From an uncultured Candidatus Peribacteria bacterium (GTDB lineage Bacteria; Patescibacteriota; Gracilibacteria; Peribacterales; Peribacteraceae): DNA of 41,504 nucleotides. This document shows, in pieces, positions 23,459 to 32,579 of the stretch. The position numbers were made by a program, and so were the translations under genes. The notes under the pieces were generated by a model, which was given only the letters and a program-made list of their open reading frames with translations, was not told the origin of the DNA and did not search any database. How positions within the stretch are numbered: the stretch's first letter is position 1; each line of letters opens with the position of its first letter. The stretch is from NCBI GenBank assembly GCA_964348745.1, contig CAYGDT010000001.1:1-41504 (forward strand), read 5' to 3'.

Positions 23459-24511
23459 ATGCTGATCCTCGGAATCGAATCGTCGTGCGACGAAACTGCC
23501 GCAGCGCTTGTGGAAGACGGAATACGTGTCCTTTCCACAGTGACTGCCAGCACGCAAGACGTATTCTCGGATGCAGGGGGCGTAGTCCCCGAAGACGCTG
23601 CGCGTCGACAACTTGAGTATATTTTACCGGTGCTCCACGCGGCTCTGAAACAGGCGAACGTATCTTACGATTCCATAGATGCCATAGCGGTCACCCGAGG
23701 TCCGGGGTTGCTTGGCTCGCTACTTGTCGGTACCACTGCAGCCCGAACGATCGCCATGCTCTGGGGTAAGCCTCTCATTGGCGTGCACCATACATTCGGG
23801 CATCTTTGTTCGACATGGATTGCTCAAAACTCAACACTAGCATTCCCTATCATCACACTCAGCGTCTCAGGTGGTCATACCGATCTCTGGTACAGAACAT
23901 CCCACATGCGTGGAAAACTCATTGGCCGCACGCGAGACGACGCAGCGGGAGAAGCATTCGACAAGGGTGCTTCGATGCTGGGACTCCCCTACCCCGGCGG
24001 GCCGTCTATCGCAAAAGCCGCACAGTCGGGCGACGAACGGTCGTTTGATTTTCCAAAGCCTCTGCATAGCGATGATACGTTGGACTTCAGTTACTCGGGA
24101 CTCAAGACGGCATTGAAATACATAATCAGAGATATCACTGCGAGCAACTCATCAGACAAAAAGAGTGCCGTACCTGTGTTACCGATTTCTGACCTTGCTG
24201 CAAGCTACCAATACGCAATCTGCGCACAATTGATTGATCGCGTTGAGCAAGCATTGAAAGTGTATCCTGACGTACAGCAAGTGCATATCGTCGGAGGAGT
24301 TTCCGCGAATACACTGCTGAGATCCATGATCACCAATGCGATCGAGGGTGGTGCAACGGTGCGATGGCCAGTCACACTTGCATACTGCACCGACAATGCG
24401 GCGATGATTGCGTCTGCAGGGTATTTCCTTCAGCTGGAAAACCCACAGCAAGCCTACGAAGCATTCCTGACTTCCGCAACAATACCGCTTGAGAGCGTCG
24501 TTACTGCATGA
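23459..24511 (+). CDS. tsaD: tRNA N6-adenosine threonylcarbamoyltransferase TsaD
   Basis: MLILGIESSCDETAAALV, GPGLLGSLLVG, VHHTFGH, SGGHT, GEAFDK and GGVSAN are canonical Kae1/TsaD motifs. Confidence 0.9.
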   Translation: MLILGIESSCDETAAALVEDGIRVLSTVTASTQDVFSDAGGVVPEDAARRQLEYILPVLHAALKQANVSYDSIDAIAVTRGPGLLGSLLVGTTAARTIAMLWGKPLIGVHHTFGHLCSTWIAQNSTLAFPIITLSVSGGHTDLWYRTSHMRGKLIGRTRDDAAGEAFDKGASMLGLPYPGGPSIAKAAQSGDERSFDFPKPLHSDDTLDFSYSGLKTALKYIIRDITASNSSDKKSAVPVLPISDLAASYQYAICAQLIDRVEQALKVYPDVQQVHIVGGVSANTLLRSMITNAIEGGATVRWPVTLAYCTDNAAMIASAGYFLQLENPQQAYEAFLTSATIPLESVVTA

Positions 24512-24596
24512 GAGTCAATGCCGGTAGCAGTGCGCTGAGAGCAATACCTACTACGCCAAGCAAGGCGATCACGCGAATGAGGGTTTTTTGCTTCAT
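24501..24596 (-). CDS. Candidate 31-aa hydrophobic micro-protein
   Basis: ATG at 24596 lies 5 nt downstream of the PKD-protein stop. It encodes MKQKTLIRVIALLGVVGIALSALLPALTLMQ*, a basic N-terminus plus one TM-length helix. It is too short to appear in the ORF track and rests on ORF structure and position only. Confidence 0.3.
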   Translation of the reverse strand: MKQKTLIRVIALLGVVGIALSALLPALTLMQ

Positions 24597-24601
24597 GGAA
24601 A

Positions 24602-26671
24602 TTATGGGGTGACTGTGACGGGAAGAGAATAGATACTTGTGGATCCTGCGCTATCCGTCAGTGTCAATTCAACGTTAAATTCACCAATTTGCGTAAAGAC
24701 ATGATCCATCTGTCTGGAGTCACTTTGTAGATCCGCCTCTGCTTCTGAGCCGTCGCCATACTTCCAGACAGCTTTCACGGGTTTGCCCGTCGAGCACTTC
24801 CAGTCAAAGAGCACATACCCATTCAGCTTCACCGATGGCCTGCTGCGCGTAAAACATGCCTTCAGCAAAGGCGCACGCACGAGAATCGATCGTGTCGCAG
24901 ATTCGCTCTTCCCCGATAGTGAGTTTACCGTGAGTGTCACGACATACTCTCCCGGATTTCCATACAGATGCTCCTGATAGGCATCGCCGAAGTGCTGTTC
25001 TTCGAGAGGACCGTCTCCGAAGTTCCAGACGAATCCCGTGATCTGTTCACCGGGCAAGCGTGAAAGTGAAGCGTCGAATTCCACGTTGAGCGGTGCGCTG
25101 CCCTGCGGAGGGCGAACTTCAAATGTTACATTTTCGGACTTAGGTTTTACTTCCAACACAATAGCCCTGCGCATAACTCTTCCTTCGGCATCTTTTGCCA
25201 GAAGCACCAGGTTGTATTGCCCCTGATCACGGAAGATTGCTTTCAGTGTCGTGTCCGTGGAAGTTATTTGCGATGCCTTGTCCGGAGCCTCCCACCAGAA
25301 ATCGACGAGCGGCGTTGTTGTTTTCGGTGTCAAACTTATAGAGACAGGCGCCTCGGCGGAGATTCTGCCGCTGACCACCGTATGCGATCCATCGAATGAA
25401 AGATCTGGAATATCCAAATTTTCCACGACTTTGACGACCTTTACTGTTTTAGAAATCTGTCCGTTGAGATTCCGCGCACTCGCCTTAACCTGATAGACCT
25501 TTCGGTTGTTAAACGTATGACCGACTCGCTCGCCAACATCGACTGTTCCATCTCCGAAATCCCACTCGACTTGCTGAAGCGGTTCCTCCGTCACGATCCT
25601 AAATACCACCTGAAATGGCGGAGGACTTTCTAGAAAGTCGGGTGTCGTTTCTATGGTGACCGGAAAAGGATTCGGACTTGGAGGATTAATCGTCAGAGCG
25701 CGCTGATACGAATTTTGCGTTTGATTGAGAAAGAGAATCGTAACAGAAACAACCTCTTCTCCTGTTGTTAAGAATGTATACGAAGCTTCCAACGATACAG
25801 AGGTTTCATCAGGAATACCGTCTTGGTTGAAATCCCACTGGACTTCGCGGACGTCTTGCTTTTGCTCCTCGGCAACTAAATGCGCGACGCTGAATGTTAC
25901 CGGTTCATCCACAACCGGAACAAACGGCGTATACGAAAAAACTGCATTAGGAATAACAACGCGCCTTCTGATAACCCGCGATTTTCCTCCTCCGAGATCG
26001 AGCGTAGCACTGACGTTATAGCCGGCAGCCTGCTCATAATAACCCGTCGCTTCCGGTGTGACGGATTCCAGATCGACGGTTCCATCACCGGTGAGATCCC
26101 ACTTGTAGGTTTGCACCTTCAAACCGCGACGTGCGAGAATTTCCGTTGCTTCCTTGGCACTATAGGTGATGGAAATCGGAGCAACCAGCTCGGGGTTCCC
26201 CTCGGGCGATGTAATCATGAGAGGAAGAGCGGGCTCTTGCGCGATGTAATAGGGAACAAACATGGAGAGCGCAATACCAGGTACAATAAAAAGGGCTATC
26301 CGGATCATGCTCATTTTGCGTACCCGATCATCCGCGTGGCCTGACTTTCCGATACGGATAAACGCGAGCAAGCCTGCGAGTAGCATGCCGACAGAAACGA
26401 CGATAGACAGCAGTTTTTCAAAGGGGATCAGTGCATCCCATTTGCCCATAGGATCGGGCAAGACCGAGAGAAGAAAGACCGACCAGATGATATACAGAAC
26501 ATACGGAAGACCGACAAGAGTCAGTAATGCAAATCTGGCGCGGGCAATCGCGGATGCATCCTGCAGGATAGGAGAAGACGGCGTAGGTGCGGGAGGTGCA
26601 CTGGGTGGGGTGATGCCGTCGACGCTACGTTCAGGCTGTGTAGTCACGCGTTTACTGGGAAGTGAAGTCAA
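24602..26671 (-). CDS. Multi-pass membrane-anchored protein with about 5 PKD-type domains
   Basis: Pro-rich N-terminus and three hydrophobic segments. Repeated PKD signatures follow: WDLTGDGTVD, WDFNQDGIPD, WDFGDGTVD...GHTF, WNFGDGP...HLYGNPGEYVVTLTV and WKYGDGS...HVFTQIGEFNVELTLTD. Confidence 0.75.
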   Translation of the reverse strand: MTSLPSKRVTTQPERSVDGITPPSAPPAPTPSSPILQDASAIARARFALLTLVGLPYVLYIIWSVFLLSVLPDPMGKWDALIPFEKLLSIVVSVGMLLAGLLAFIRIGKSGHADDRVRKMSMIRIALFIVPGIALSMFVPYYIAQEPALPLMITSPEGNPELVAPISITYSAKEATEILARRGLKVQTYKWDLTGDGTVDLESVTPEATGYYEQAAGYNVSATLDLGGGKSRVIRRRVVIPNAVFSYTPFVPVVDEPVTFSVAHLVAEEQKQDVREVQWDFNQDGIPDETSVSLEASYTFLTTGEEVVSVTILFLNQTQNSYQRALTINPPSPNPFPVTIETTPDFLESPPPFQVVFRIVTEEPLQQVEWDFGDGTVDVGERVGHTFNNRKVYQVKASARNLNGQISKTVKVVKVVENLDIPDLSFDGSHTVVSGRISAEAPVSISLTPKTTTPLVDFWWEAPDKASQITSTDTTLKAIFRDQGQYNLVLLAKDAEGRVMRRAIVLEVKPKSENVTFEVRPPQGSAPLNVEFDASLSRLPGEQITGFVWNFGDGPLEEQHFGDAYQEHLYGNPGEYVVTLTVNSLSGKSESATRSILVRAPLLKACFTRSRPSVKLNGYVLFDWKCSTGKPVKAVWKYGDGSEAEADLQSDSRQMDHVFTQIGEFNVELTLTDSAGSTSIYSLPVTVTP

Positions 26672-27638
26672 ACATCAGTTCATTCAACATCTGGGAGTCC
26701 GAGTTCATGGATGGTTGCGTCACGTCCATTCCCGGTAGCGCATCGGGGGCAAGCTGCTCCGATGGCATGGTAAAGAGGACTGCAGGCGAGAAAATCGTTG
26801 CATCTTCCGGCGGTGTAATATTAGGAGCACTGTTTAGATTTCGAAATGTAACGGTAAAAGACGCCGAAGCAGTCCCACCGTTTTGCATGGGGATTGCGGC
26901 GATCATCCATTGGAGTTTTTGCAGGTAGTACGTCTGCTCATCTATCCATATCTGCCCGCTCGCATCTATTTCACTTAACTGTATTTTTGCAGCCGAAACG
27001 TCAAACTCCTCCCCCTTTTGCTCAGCTTGTTGTTCAAGAAACGCAAGAAGTTTTTCTTTGTCCAGAGTAACGTCGTAATGATACGAAGATCTGCCGTTCA
27101 CGGATTCCATTCCACGATCTTTGGTGACTTTGACCACTTGCGCCTGCGCCTGAAGCAAACGAGGATCAGGCGTGACAGTACCAATCACGACGGGCGTATC
27201 TCCCGCTGGAAGTTTCCACCAGCGATCGGCAAGTCTCGCTATGAGTTCCGGTTTGAAGAGCGTGCTACTCGGCTGCGAGGTCAGTGAATGGATGTTCAAG
27301 AACACTTCGTCGCCCGGCAACACGACAACCTCAACGTTTCCGCTGATCGACATTGCCTGGCCCCGTACTTCCTGATTGGCTGTCAGATCCAGCGTAAATC
27401 GCAACTCAAGTCCTGCATCTCCCAATATTCCGTCGATATGCGCAGTACCCTTGGTGGTGCTCGAAGCTGACGTAGCATCGAAATCCGCCTGCAATAGATA
27501 CTGCGCGGACTGCAGTGTTTGCGTTGCCTTAGCCGCCTGCGACAACACTTCCTCCGGCGGCATGGCACTCGGCGCATTGCCGGGTGAACAAGCTGCAAGA
27601 AGCAAACAGGAACCGAGGAGGAGTCCGCGAAGGTGCAT
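26652..27638 (-). CDS. Lipoprotein of unknown function
   Basis: Lipobox MHLRGLLLGSCLLLAAC-S. The 328-aa soluble part has no motif I recognise. It overlaps the downstream PKD gene start by 20 nt. Confidence 0.65.
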   Translation of the reverse strand: MHLRGLLLGSCLLLAACSPGNAPSAMPPEEVLSQAAKATQTLQSAQYLLQADFDATSASSTTKGTAHIDGILGDAGLELRFTLDLTANQEVRGQAMSISGNVEVVVLPGDEVFLNIHSLTSQPSSTLFKPELIARLADRWWKLPAGDTPVVIGTVTPDPRLLQAQAQVVKVTKDRGMESVNGRSSYHYDVTLDKEKLLAFLEQQAEQKGEEFDVSAAKIQLSEIDASGQIWIDEQTYYLQKLQWMIAAIPMQNGGTASASFTVTFRNLNSAPNITPPEDATIFSPAVLFTMPSEQLAPDALPGMDVTQPSMNSDSQMLNELMFDFTSQ

Positions 27639-27683
27639 ACAGGAAAAGGTTGACGCTATTCTGACAGAAAAAGACTGCGCGAT

Positions 27684-28658
27684 CTAGCGACCGCGCCGCA
27701 CCGTGGATTCGATATCCCCCGGCTCCTCGATGACAAACTGAATGGTACGGCTGCGGCTTGCGACAATGTCTCCACGAAGACCGAATTTTAAGGTCTGATT
27801 TTTCTCCAATACATACGGGGGATTGAACACGAGACGAACGCGATGAGCCGATAGTTGAGCAGCAATATCGCTCACGGCACGACTACGATAATCGATGGAA
27901 AGATTACGCAGATCCGCATCGCTCGCCGAACCACGATTCGTAAACGTTATCGCATGAATCACTTGGTCATCAACGCCGTCTGCGGCGAGGGTAAACCTTA
28001 GGAGCAATTGCCTCGCTCCGTAATGCGCGGTTGAAGTGAGTTTCAGGTAATCGACACTGACCTGCCCGACACGCGGACCCGTGGTACGGAGCGTACGGGT
28101 AAAGTCGCCGTCACGTTGATCAATACGCACGGTCGATGTTCCCGCGTCGATGGCCTTAAGCTCAAAGCGGTGCTGCCCCGAAACTGCTGCATCGGGCGAG
28201 AAGTCAGCGAGGATCGTTACGTCTTCCGTATCGCAGGTAGAAATCGTAAACCCGCGAGTATTGAGGGAAACAGTACCATCGCGGCTCGGTGTTCCCGATG
28301 CCGAAGATATTCGAACACCGCGGTGCATTGCATAGACAGATACGACATCCGCACTAAGTCCAAGTCCCCTTCTCTGCACTGCGATCGTATTGATCGTAAC
28401 ATCTCCGCCGCACTCTGCGGTCAGTCGCAGCCGTAGCATTTCAACCCGCTGCGAGCCGGGCGGCACAGCTGCGGTCGTAGACTCCGCATCGACCGTCAAT
28501 TTCCCTTTTGGTTGAACTGATTGCATGTACTGCATCGTCTGAACCGGGCGGTATGTGGAAGATCCGGCCGGCAAACGAAACTGATCGATGTAGTACGCAA
28601 GGAGAAGTGGAGCGAGCATGAGGTCGTAGTATACAACATCGAGAAGCACTCTGGACAA
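27684..28658 (-). CDS. Hypothetical exported or anchored protein with two similar beta-rich halves
   Basis: 324 aa with a hydrophobic N-terminus (LMLAPLLLAYYI). Two halves share the pattern L-R-L-x-L-x-A...V-x-I-x-x-I / L-R-F-T-L-A-A...V-I-H-A-I-T-F. It is the first gene of a four-gene minus-strand operon. Confidence 0.55.
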   Translation of the reverse strand: MSRVLLDVVYYDLMLAPLLLAYYIDQFRLPAGSSTYRPVQTMQYMQSVQPKGKLTVDAESTTAAVPPGSQRVEMLRLRLTAECGGDVTINTIAVQRRGLGLSADVVSVYAMHRGVRISSASGTPSRDGTVSLNTRGFTISTCDTEDVTILADFSPDAAVSGQHRFELKAIDAGTSTVRIDQRDGDFTRTLRTTGPRVGQVSVDYLKLTSTAHYGARQLLLRFTLAADGVDDQVIHAITFTNRGSASDADLRNLSIDYRSRAVSDIAAQLSAHRVRLVFNPPYVLEKNQTLKFGLRGDIVASRSRTIQFVIEEPGDIESTVRRGR

Positions 28659-28693
28659 GTGCAGGGAGTTTTACCGTATACTGCATTCGGTCT

Positions 28694-28770
28694 CGGGATG
28701 TAGCTCAGTTGGCTAGAGCGCGTGATTCGGGTTCACGAGGTCGAGAGTTCAAGTCCCTCCATCCCGACCA
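28694..28770 (+). tRNA. tRNA-Pro (anticodon CGG), CCA encoded
   Basis: CGGGATGTAGCTCAGTTGGCTAGAGCGCGTGATTCGGGTTCACGAGGTCGAGAGTTCAAGTCCCTCCATCCCGACCA. The acceptor stem is CGGGATG/CATCCCG and the D-stem is GCTC/GAGC. The anticodon stem is CGTGA/TCACG with loop TTCGGGT. The T-loop is TTCAAGT. Confidence 0.9.
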
Positions 28771-28803
28771 GCCTTCGCTCCTCTGCGGAGGAGCTATGGC
28801 TGG
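28768..28803 (+). other. tRNA-Pro 3-prime trailer hairpin that includes the encoded CCA
   Basis: CCAGCC-TTC-GCTCCTC-TGCG-GAGGAGC-TAT-GGCTGG (6 bp / 3x3 internal loop / 7 bp / tetraloop). The first three nt are the tRNA CCA end. Confidence 0.6.
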
Positions 28804-28829
28804 CAAGCCGGATACAATCTCTCGAGCAT

Positions 28830-30497
28830 ATGCAGAAGACGTGTAAAAATTGTGGCGACTCATTTGGGATCACTCGGGACGATCTCGCATTTTACGACCG
28901 TGTTGCGCCAACATTTGACGGAATCCACGAACCAATTCCATCACCTTCTAATTGTCCCGCATGCCGTCAACAATCTCGTCTCATTCATAAAAATTTCTTC
29001 AACTTCTACAAGCGGACATGTTCCATGACGGGGGAGAACATCATTTCCATGTACAAAGAAGATGCACCCTTTCCGGTATATGACATTCGTTTTTGGTGGA
29101 GCGATGCATGGAATCCGTTAGAGTTCGGCCAAGAGGTCGACCATGGCAAATCTTTTTTCGAGCAAATGCAGAGTTTGTCTGTCCGTGTACCACGACCGGC
29201 GAATGTCGTTGTTCAGTCCGATAATTCGGATTATTGCAATTATTGCTTTGAAACGAGAAATTCATACTTAATCGGGGGATCAGTACGGAACGAAGATTGT
29301 GCATTCGGACACATCGTCTGGGATTCCAAGAACTGCGTCGATTGTCTGCATGTTTTCCGTTGCGAACTCTGCTACGAGTGCATCGCATCCAGCGACTGCT
29401 ATGCTATTTGCTACGCAAAAGATTGCGAGAATTGCAGTGATAGTTGGTATCTCGATGATTGCGTCGGTTGCAAATCGTGTTTCGGTTGCGTAGGACTGCG
29501 TAACAAGGAATATCATATTTTCAACATCCCCCATTCCAAGGATGACTATGAGACTACCATGCAAAAACTGTTACAGACTCCCGTTGAAGTAAAAGACCGC
29601 ATGAAGGAGCTGCAAAAAACACACATCGTGAAATGCTTGCGCAGCATCGGATCGGAAAACGTAACTGGCGATTATATTTTAAACAGTCGCAATATCCGAT
29701 CTTCATTTGATCTAAAGAACTGTGAAGATTGTGCATATTGCGGTACACTGAACGGTTTCAAGGATGCCATGGACTGTGATTACGCCGCTACTCCCTCGGA
29801 GCTGACCTATAACAGCATGACCAGCTACGGGTATGCCATCCTCTGCAGCTCCAATTGTATGGCGGTCAGTTCCAATCTTACGTATTGTGACACATGCTTT
29901 TCCTGTAAGAATTGCTTTGGCTGTATTGGTATGCGTAATGCACAGTTCTGCATTTTGAATAAGCAGTATTCACAGGAAGATTTTGAGCAATTGGCTGCCA
30001 AGATTGTTGAAAAAATGAAGAGTGACGCGGAATGGGGCACATTTTTCCCGTCTTCCCTGTGCCCTTTTGGCTACAATGAAACGCTCGCATTTGAGTTTTT
30101 CCCCCTGACAAAAGAGCAGGCCATCGAAAGTGGTTTTTCATGGAGTGATTACAATCCTCCTCCGCCGCAAGCTCAGAAAACCATCCCCGCCTCGGCGCTT
30201 CCGGGCAACATAGAAGACGTACCGGATGATATTCTCCATTGGGCGATCTCTTGCGAGGTATCAGGTCGTCCGTTCAAGCTCATAAAACTGGAATTGGATT
30301 TTTACCGCAAAATGAAGTTAACAGTTCCTCGCATGCATCCTGACGAACGCCACCGTCAAAGAATGAGTGTGCGAAATCCGCGTGTACTACACAATCGGGA
30401 GTGTGCGAAGTGCAGTAAGGCAATCGAAACGATCTATACTCCTGATCGTCCCGAAATCGTCTATTGCGAGGAATGCTATTTGAAGGAAGTGTACTAA
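28830..30497 (+). CDS. Cys-rich protein of unknown family, paralog A (555 aa)
   Basis: Start trimmed to ATG 28830, because the track start at 28722 lies inside tRNA-Pro. No signal peptide or TM segment; about 40 Cys by hand count. It has N- and C-terminal zinc-ribbon-like C-x2-C pairs and two internal Cys-rich blocks ending in CFGC[VI]G[LM]RN. It is a full-length paralog of 30574-32244. Confidence 0.8.
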   Translation: MQKTCKNCGDSFGITRDDLAFYDRVAPTFDGIHEPIPSPSNCPACRQQSRLIHKNFFNFYKRTCSMTGENIISMYKEDAPFPVYDIRFWWSDAWNPLEFGQEVDHGKSFFEQMQSLSVRVPRPANVVVQSDNSDYCNYCFETRNSYLIGGSVRNEDCAFGHIVWDSKNCVDCLHVFRCELCYECIASSDCYAICYAKDCENCSDSWYLDDCVGCKSCFGCVGLRNKEYHIFNIPHSKDDYETTMQKLLQTPVEVKDRMKELQKTHIVKCLRSIGSENVTGDYILNSRNIRSSFDLKNCEDCAYCGTLNGFKDAMDCDYAATPSELTYNSMTSYGYAILCSSNCMAVSSNLTYCDTCFSCKNCFGCIGMRNAQFCILNKQYSQEDFEQLAAKIVEKMKSDAEWGTFFPSSLCPFGYNETLAFEFFPLTKEQAIESGFSWSDYNPPPPQAQKTIPASALPGNIEDVPDDILHWAISCEVSGRPFKLIKLELDFYRKMKLTVPRMHPDERHRQRMSVRNPRVLHNRECAKCSKAIETIYTPDRPEIVYCEECYLKEVY

Positions 30498-30498
30498 C

Positions 30499-30572
30499 GA
30501 GCTTGTAGCTTGTAGCTGATAGCTTGCAAATTTTATTTTCCCTATAAGCTGTAAGCTATAAACTATAAGCTC
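30499..30572. repeat. Simple-sequence inverted-repeat hairpin between the two Cys-rich paralogs
   Basis: The left arm GAGCTTGTAGCTTGTAGCTGATAGCTTGC (30499-30527) was compared with the reverse complement of the right arm ATAAGCTGTAAGCTATAAACTATAAGCTC (30544-30572). They match at 22 of 29 positions by hand count, and several of the mismatches are transitions. The loop is AAATTTTATTTTCCCT. Confidence 0.65.
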
Positions 30573-30573
30573 T

Positions 30574-32244
30574 ATGAAAAAATCCTGCACCCAATGCTCG
30601 GCATCCTTTGCCATCACGGAGGAAGATCTTGCATTTTACGATAAGGTTTCACCGATATTTGGAGGAAAGAAACAAGCAATTCCTCCTCCTACGTTCTGTC
30701 CCGAGTGTCGCATGCAGCGCAGAATGTCACACCGAAATATCAGACACCTTTATCGAAGTGTATCATCCAAGAGCGGCGAAACTCTGCTTTCAATGTACGC
30801 CCCGGAATCAAACTTCACTGTCTATAGCCAGAATGAATGGTGGAGCGACGACTGGAATCCGTTGCAATACGAACAACCAGTCGATCTTTCCAAGTCATTC
30901 TTTGCACAATTTGGAGAACTGCGAAAGCTGGTTCCACGCTTCAACGTCTATAACCGCGAAAGCGAGAATTGTGAGTATGTGAACTATGCGCCGCACAATA
31001 AGAACTGCTATCTGCTCTTCGGTTGCTGGTTTGACGAAGACTGTTTCTACGGTGACACAATGATGGAGTGCAAGAATTGTGTTGATGGTCTGAACGTGGA
31101 GCGCTCTCAGCTCTGCTATGAGCAGGTCGATTGTGACAACAACTACAACTCAATCTACTGCCAAACATGCAGCGAAACAACGGACAGTGCCTGTTGCTTT
31201 GATTGTCGCGGCGTACAGCACTGCATCGGCTGTTGGAATTTGCGAAATAAGCAGTACCATATTTTCAATGAACAGGCGTCAAAGGAAGAGGTAGATGCAC
31301 TGCGCGCTCAGTTTTCGAACTATGAATTCACCAAAAAATTCTTACAAGATTTTCGACTACGTAAGCAGAAGCAAGCCATTCACAAAGCCGTGGATGGAAG
31401 CAACAACGAAAACTGTACCGGCGACTTCCTCTTCGATTGCAAGAATGTATATTTCGCTTTCGTTGGATATAGGAGTCAGGATGTGCGCTACGCCTCACGA
31501 TTTATCGATCAGAAAGACAGTGCTGATCTCGAAGGAGTCGGTAAAGGAGAATTGGTCTATGAGTCAATGTGTAATGATTTCGCGTATAGCAGCATTGGAT
31601 GTACCACATGTGAGAATTTAAAATCCGTTTTCTATTCCGATCTCTGCTTTAATTGTAAGGATTGTTTCGGATGCATTTCCCTTCGTAACAAGCAATACTG
31701 CATTCTCAACAAACAATACACTAAAGAAGAGTATGAAACGCTGGTGCTTCGCATTATCGAACATATGAAAAAGATTGGTGAATGGGGCGAGTTCTTCCCT
31801 ATTCAACTTTCTCCGTTTGCGTACAACGAAACACTGGCCCAGGAATTCTACCCCTTATCAAAGAGAGACATTGAGGAGAATGGGTGGGAATGGCGCGATG
31901 AAGAAGAACCGCCAAAAGTCGAAAAAGTGATCCCAGCATCTCAACTCCCCGACTCCATCAAAGACATTCCCGACGACATCCAAAATTGGGCAGTCGAGTG
32001 TGAAGTAACAGGTAAGCCGTTCAAAATCACATCGCAAGAACTTCGATTTTATCGTGAACAGAATGTACCCATGCCGCGACGCAGCCCAGATCAGCGGTAT
32101 CTAGATCGTTTTCATCAACGCAACCCTCGCAAATTCTGGAACCGCAAATGCGCCAAATGCAAAAAAGATATGCAAACGACCTACGCTCCTGATCGTCCCG
32201 AAATCGTCTATTGCGAATCCTGTTACCTCGCAGAGGTATACTGA
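30574..32244 (+). CDS. Cys-rich protein of unknown family, paralog B (556 aa)
   Basis: Same architecture as paralog A: CTQC...FAITEEDLAFYDKV...CPECRMQRR; WWSDDWNPL; CIGCWNLRNKQYHIFN; CFNCKDCFGCISLRNKQYCILNKQY; PFKITSQELRFYRE...RNPR...CAKC...PDRPEIVYCESCYLAEVY. Confidence 0.8.
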   Translation: MKKSCTQCSASFAITEEDLAFYDKVSPIFGGKKQAIPPPTFCPECRMQRRMSHRNIRHLYRSVSSKSGETLLSMYAPESNFTVYSQNEWWSDDWNPLQYEQPVDLSKSFFAQFGELRKLVPRFNVYNRESENCEYVNYAPHNKNCYLLFGCWFDEDCFYGDTMMECKNCVDGLNVERSQLCYEQVDCDNNYNSIYCQTCSETTDSACCFDCRGVQHCIGCWNLRNKQYHIFNEQASKEEVDALRAQFSNYEFTKKFLQDFRLRKQKQAIHKAVDGSNNENCTGDFLFDCKNVYFAFVGYRSQDVRYASRFIDQKDSADLEGVGKGELVYESMCNDFAYSSIGCTTCENLKSVFYSDLCFNCKDCFGCISLRNKQYCILNKQYTKEEYETLVLRIIEHMKKIGEWGEFFPIQLSPFAYNETLAQEFYPLSKRDIEENGWEWRDEEEPPKVEKVIPASQLPDSIKDIPDDIQNWAVECEVTGKPFKITSQELRFYREQNVPMPRRSPDQRYLDRFHQRNPRKFWNRKCAKCKKDMQTTYAPDRPEIVYCESCYLAEVY

Positions 32245-32249
32245 TTCGC

Positions 32250-32579
32250 CTACAGCTTCGCAGCAGTCGTAAACTGGAGGAAATACCGATCCAGTGACAC
32301 GTCAGTCGAATGATAGACATTGTCGCCGACAAGAAAATCACACAGCACCTCACGCGCACGACAAATTTCACGAAGGCGATATCTGTTTTTCGGATCTGAA
32401 ATCGACAAATCGAGTAGTTCCAACATTCTTTCGAGTGCTGATTGCATGCGAACATTGTTGCCCATACTCTTCGCCTTGGCGGCACGCGATACTTCGCTAC
32501 CAACATGGGCTAGTTGTAGAGCTAGAGGAAAACTGTTCCACCGACCTGCAGCCAATTCCGTATGCATGGGGGTGCTCAT
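32250..32579 (-). CDS. Small all-helical hypothetical protein (109 aa)
   Basis: Downstream member of an overlapping two-gene unit; its ATG overlaps the upstream stop as ATGA at 32576-32579. It has faint NTP-pyrophosphohydrolase-like helix patterns (LQLAHVGSEVSRA, LERMLELLDL) but lacks the acidic metal-binding residues. Confidence 0.5.
   Translation of the reverse strand: MSTPMHTELAAGRWNSFPLALQLAHVGSEVSRAAKAKSMGNNVRMQSALERMLELLDLSISDPKNRYRLREICRAREVLCDFLVGDNVYHSTDVSLDRYFLQFTTAAKL

Noticed and set aside
28722-28829. N-terminal 36 codons of track ORF 28722-30497
   Set aside because: The GTG start lies inside tRNA-Pro, and this stretch spans the tRNA trailer hairpin. The paralog alignment begins at the ATG at 28830.
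32027-32506. 159-aa minus-strand ORF spanning the end of Cys-rich paralog B and the 109-aa gene region
   Set aside because: It is out of frame with both better-supported genes and is Arg/Cys-rich with no motifs.
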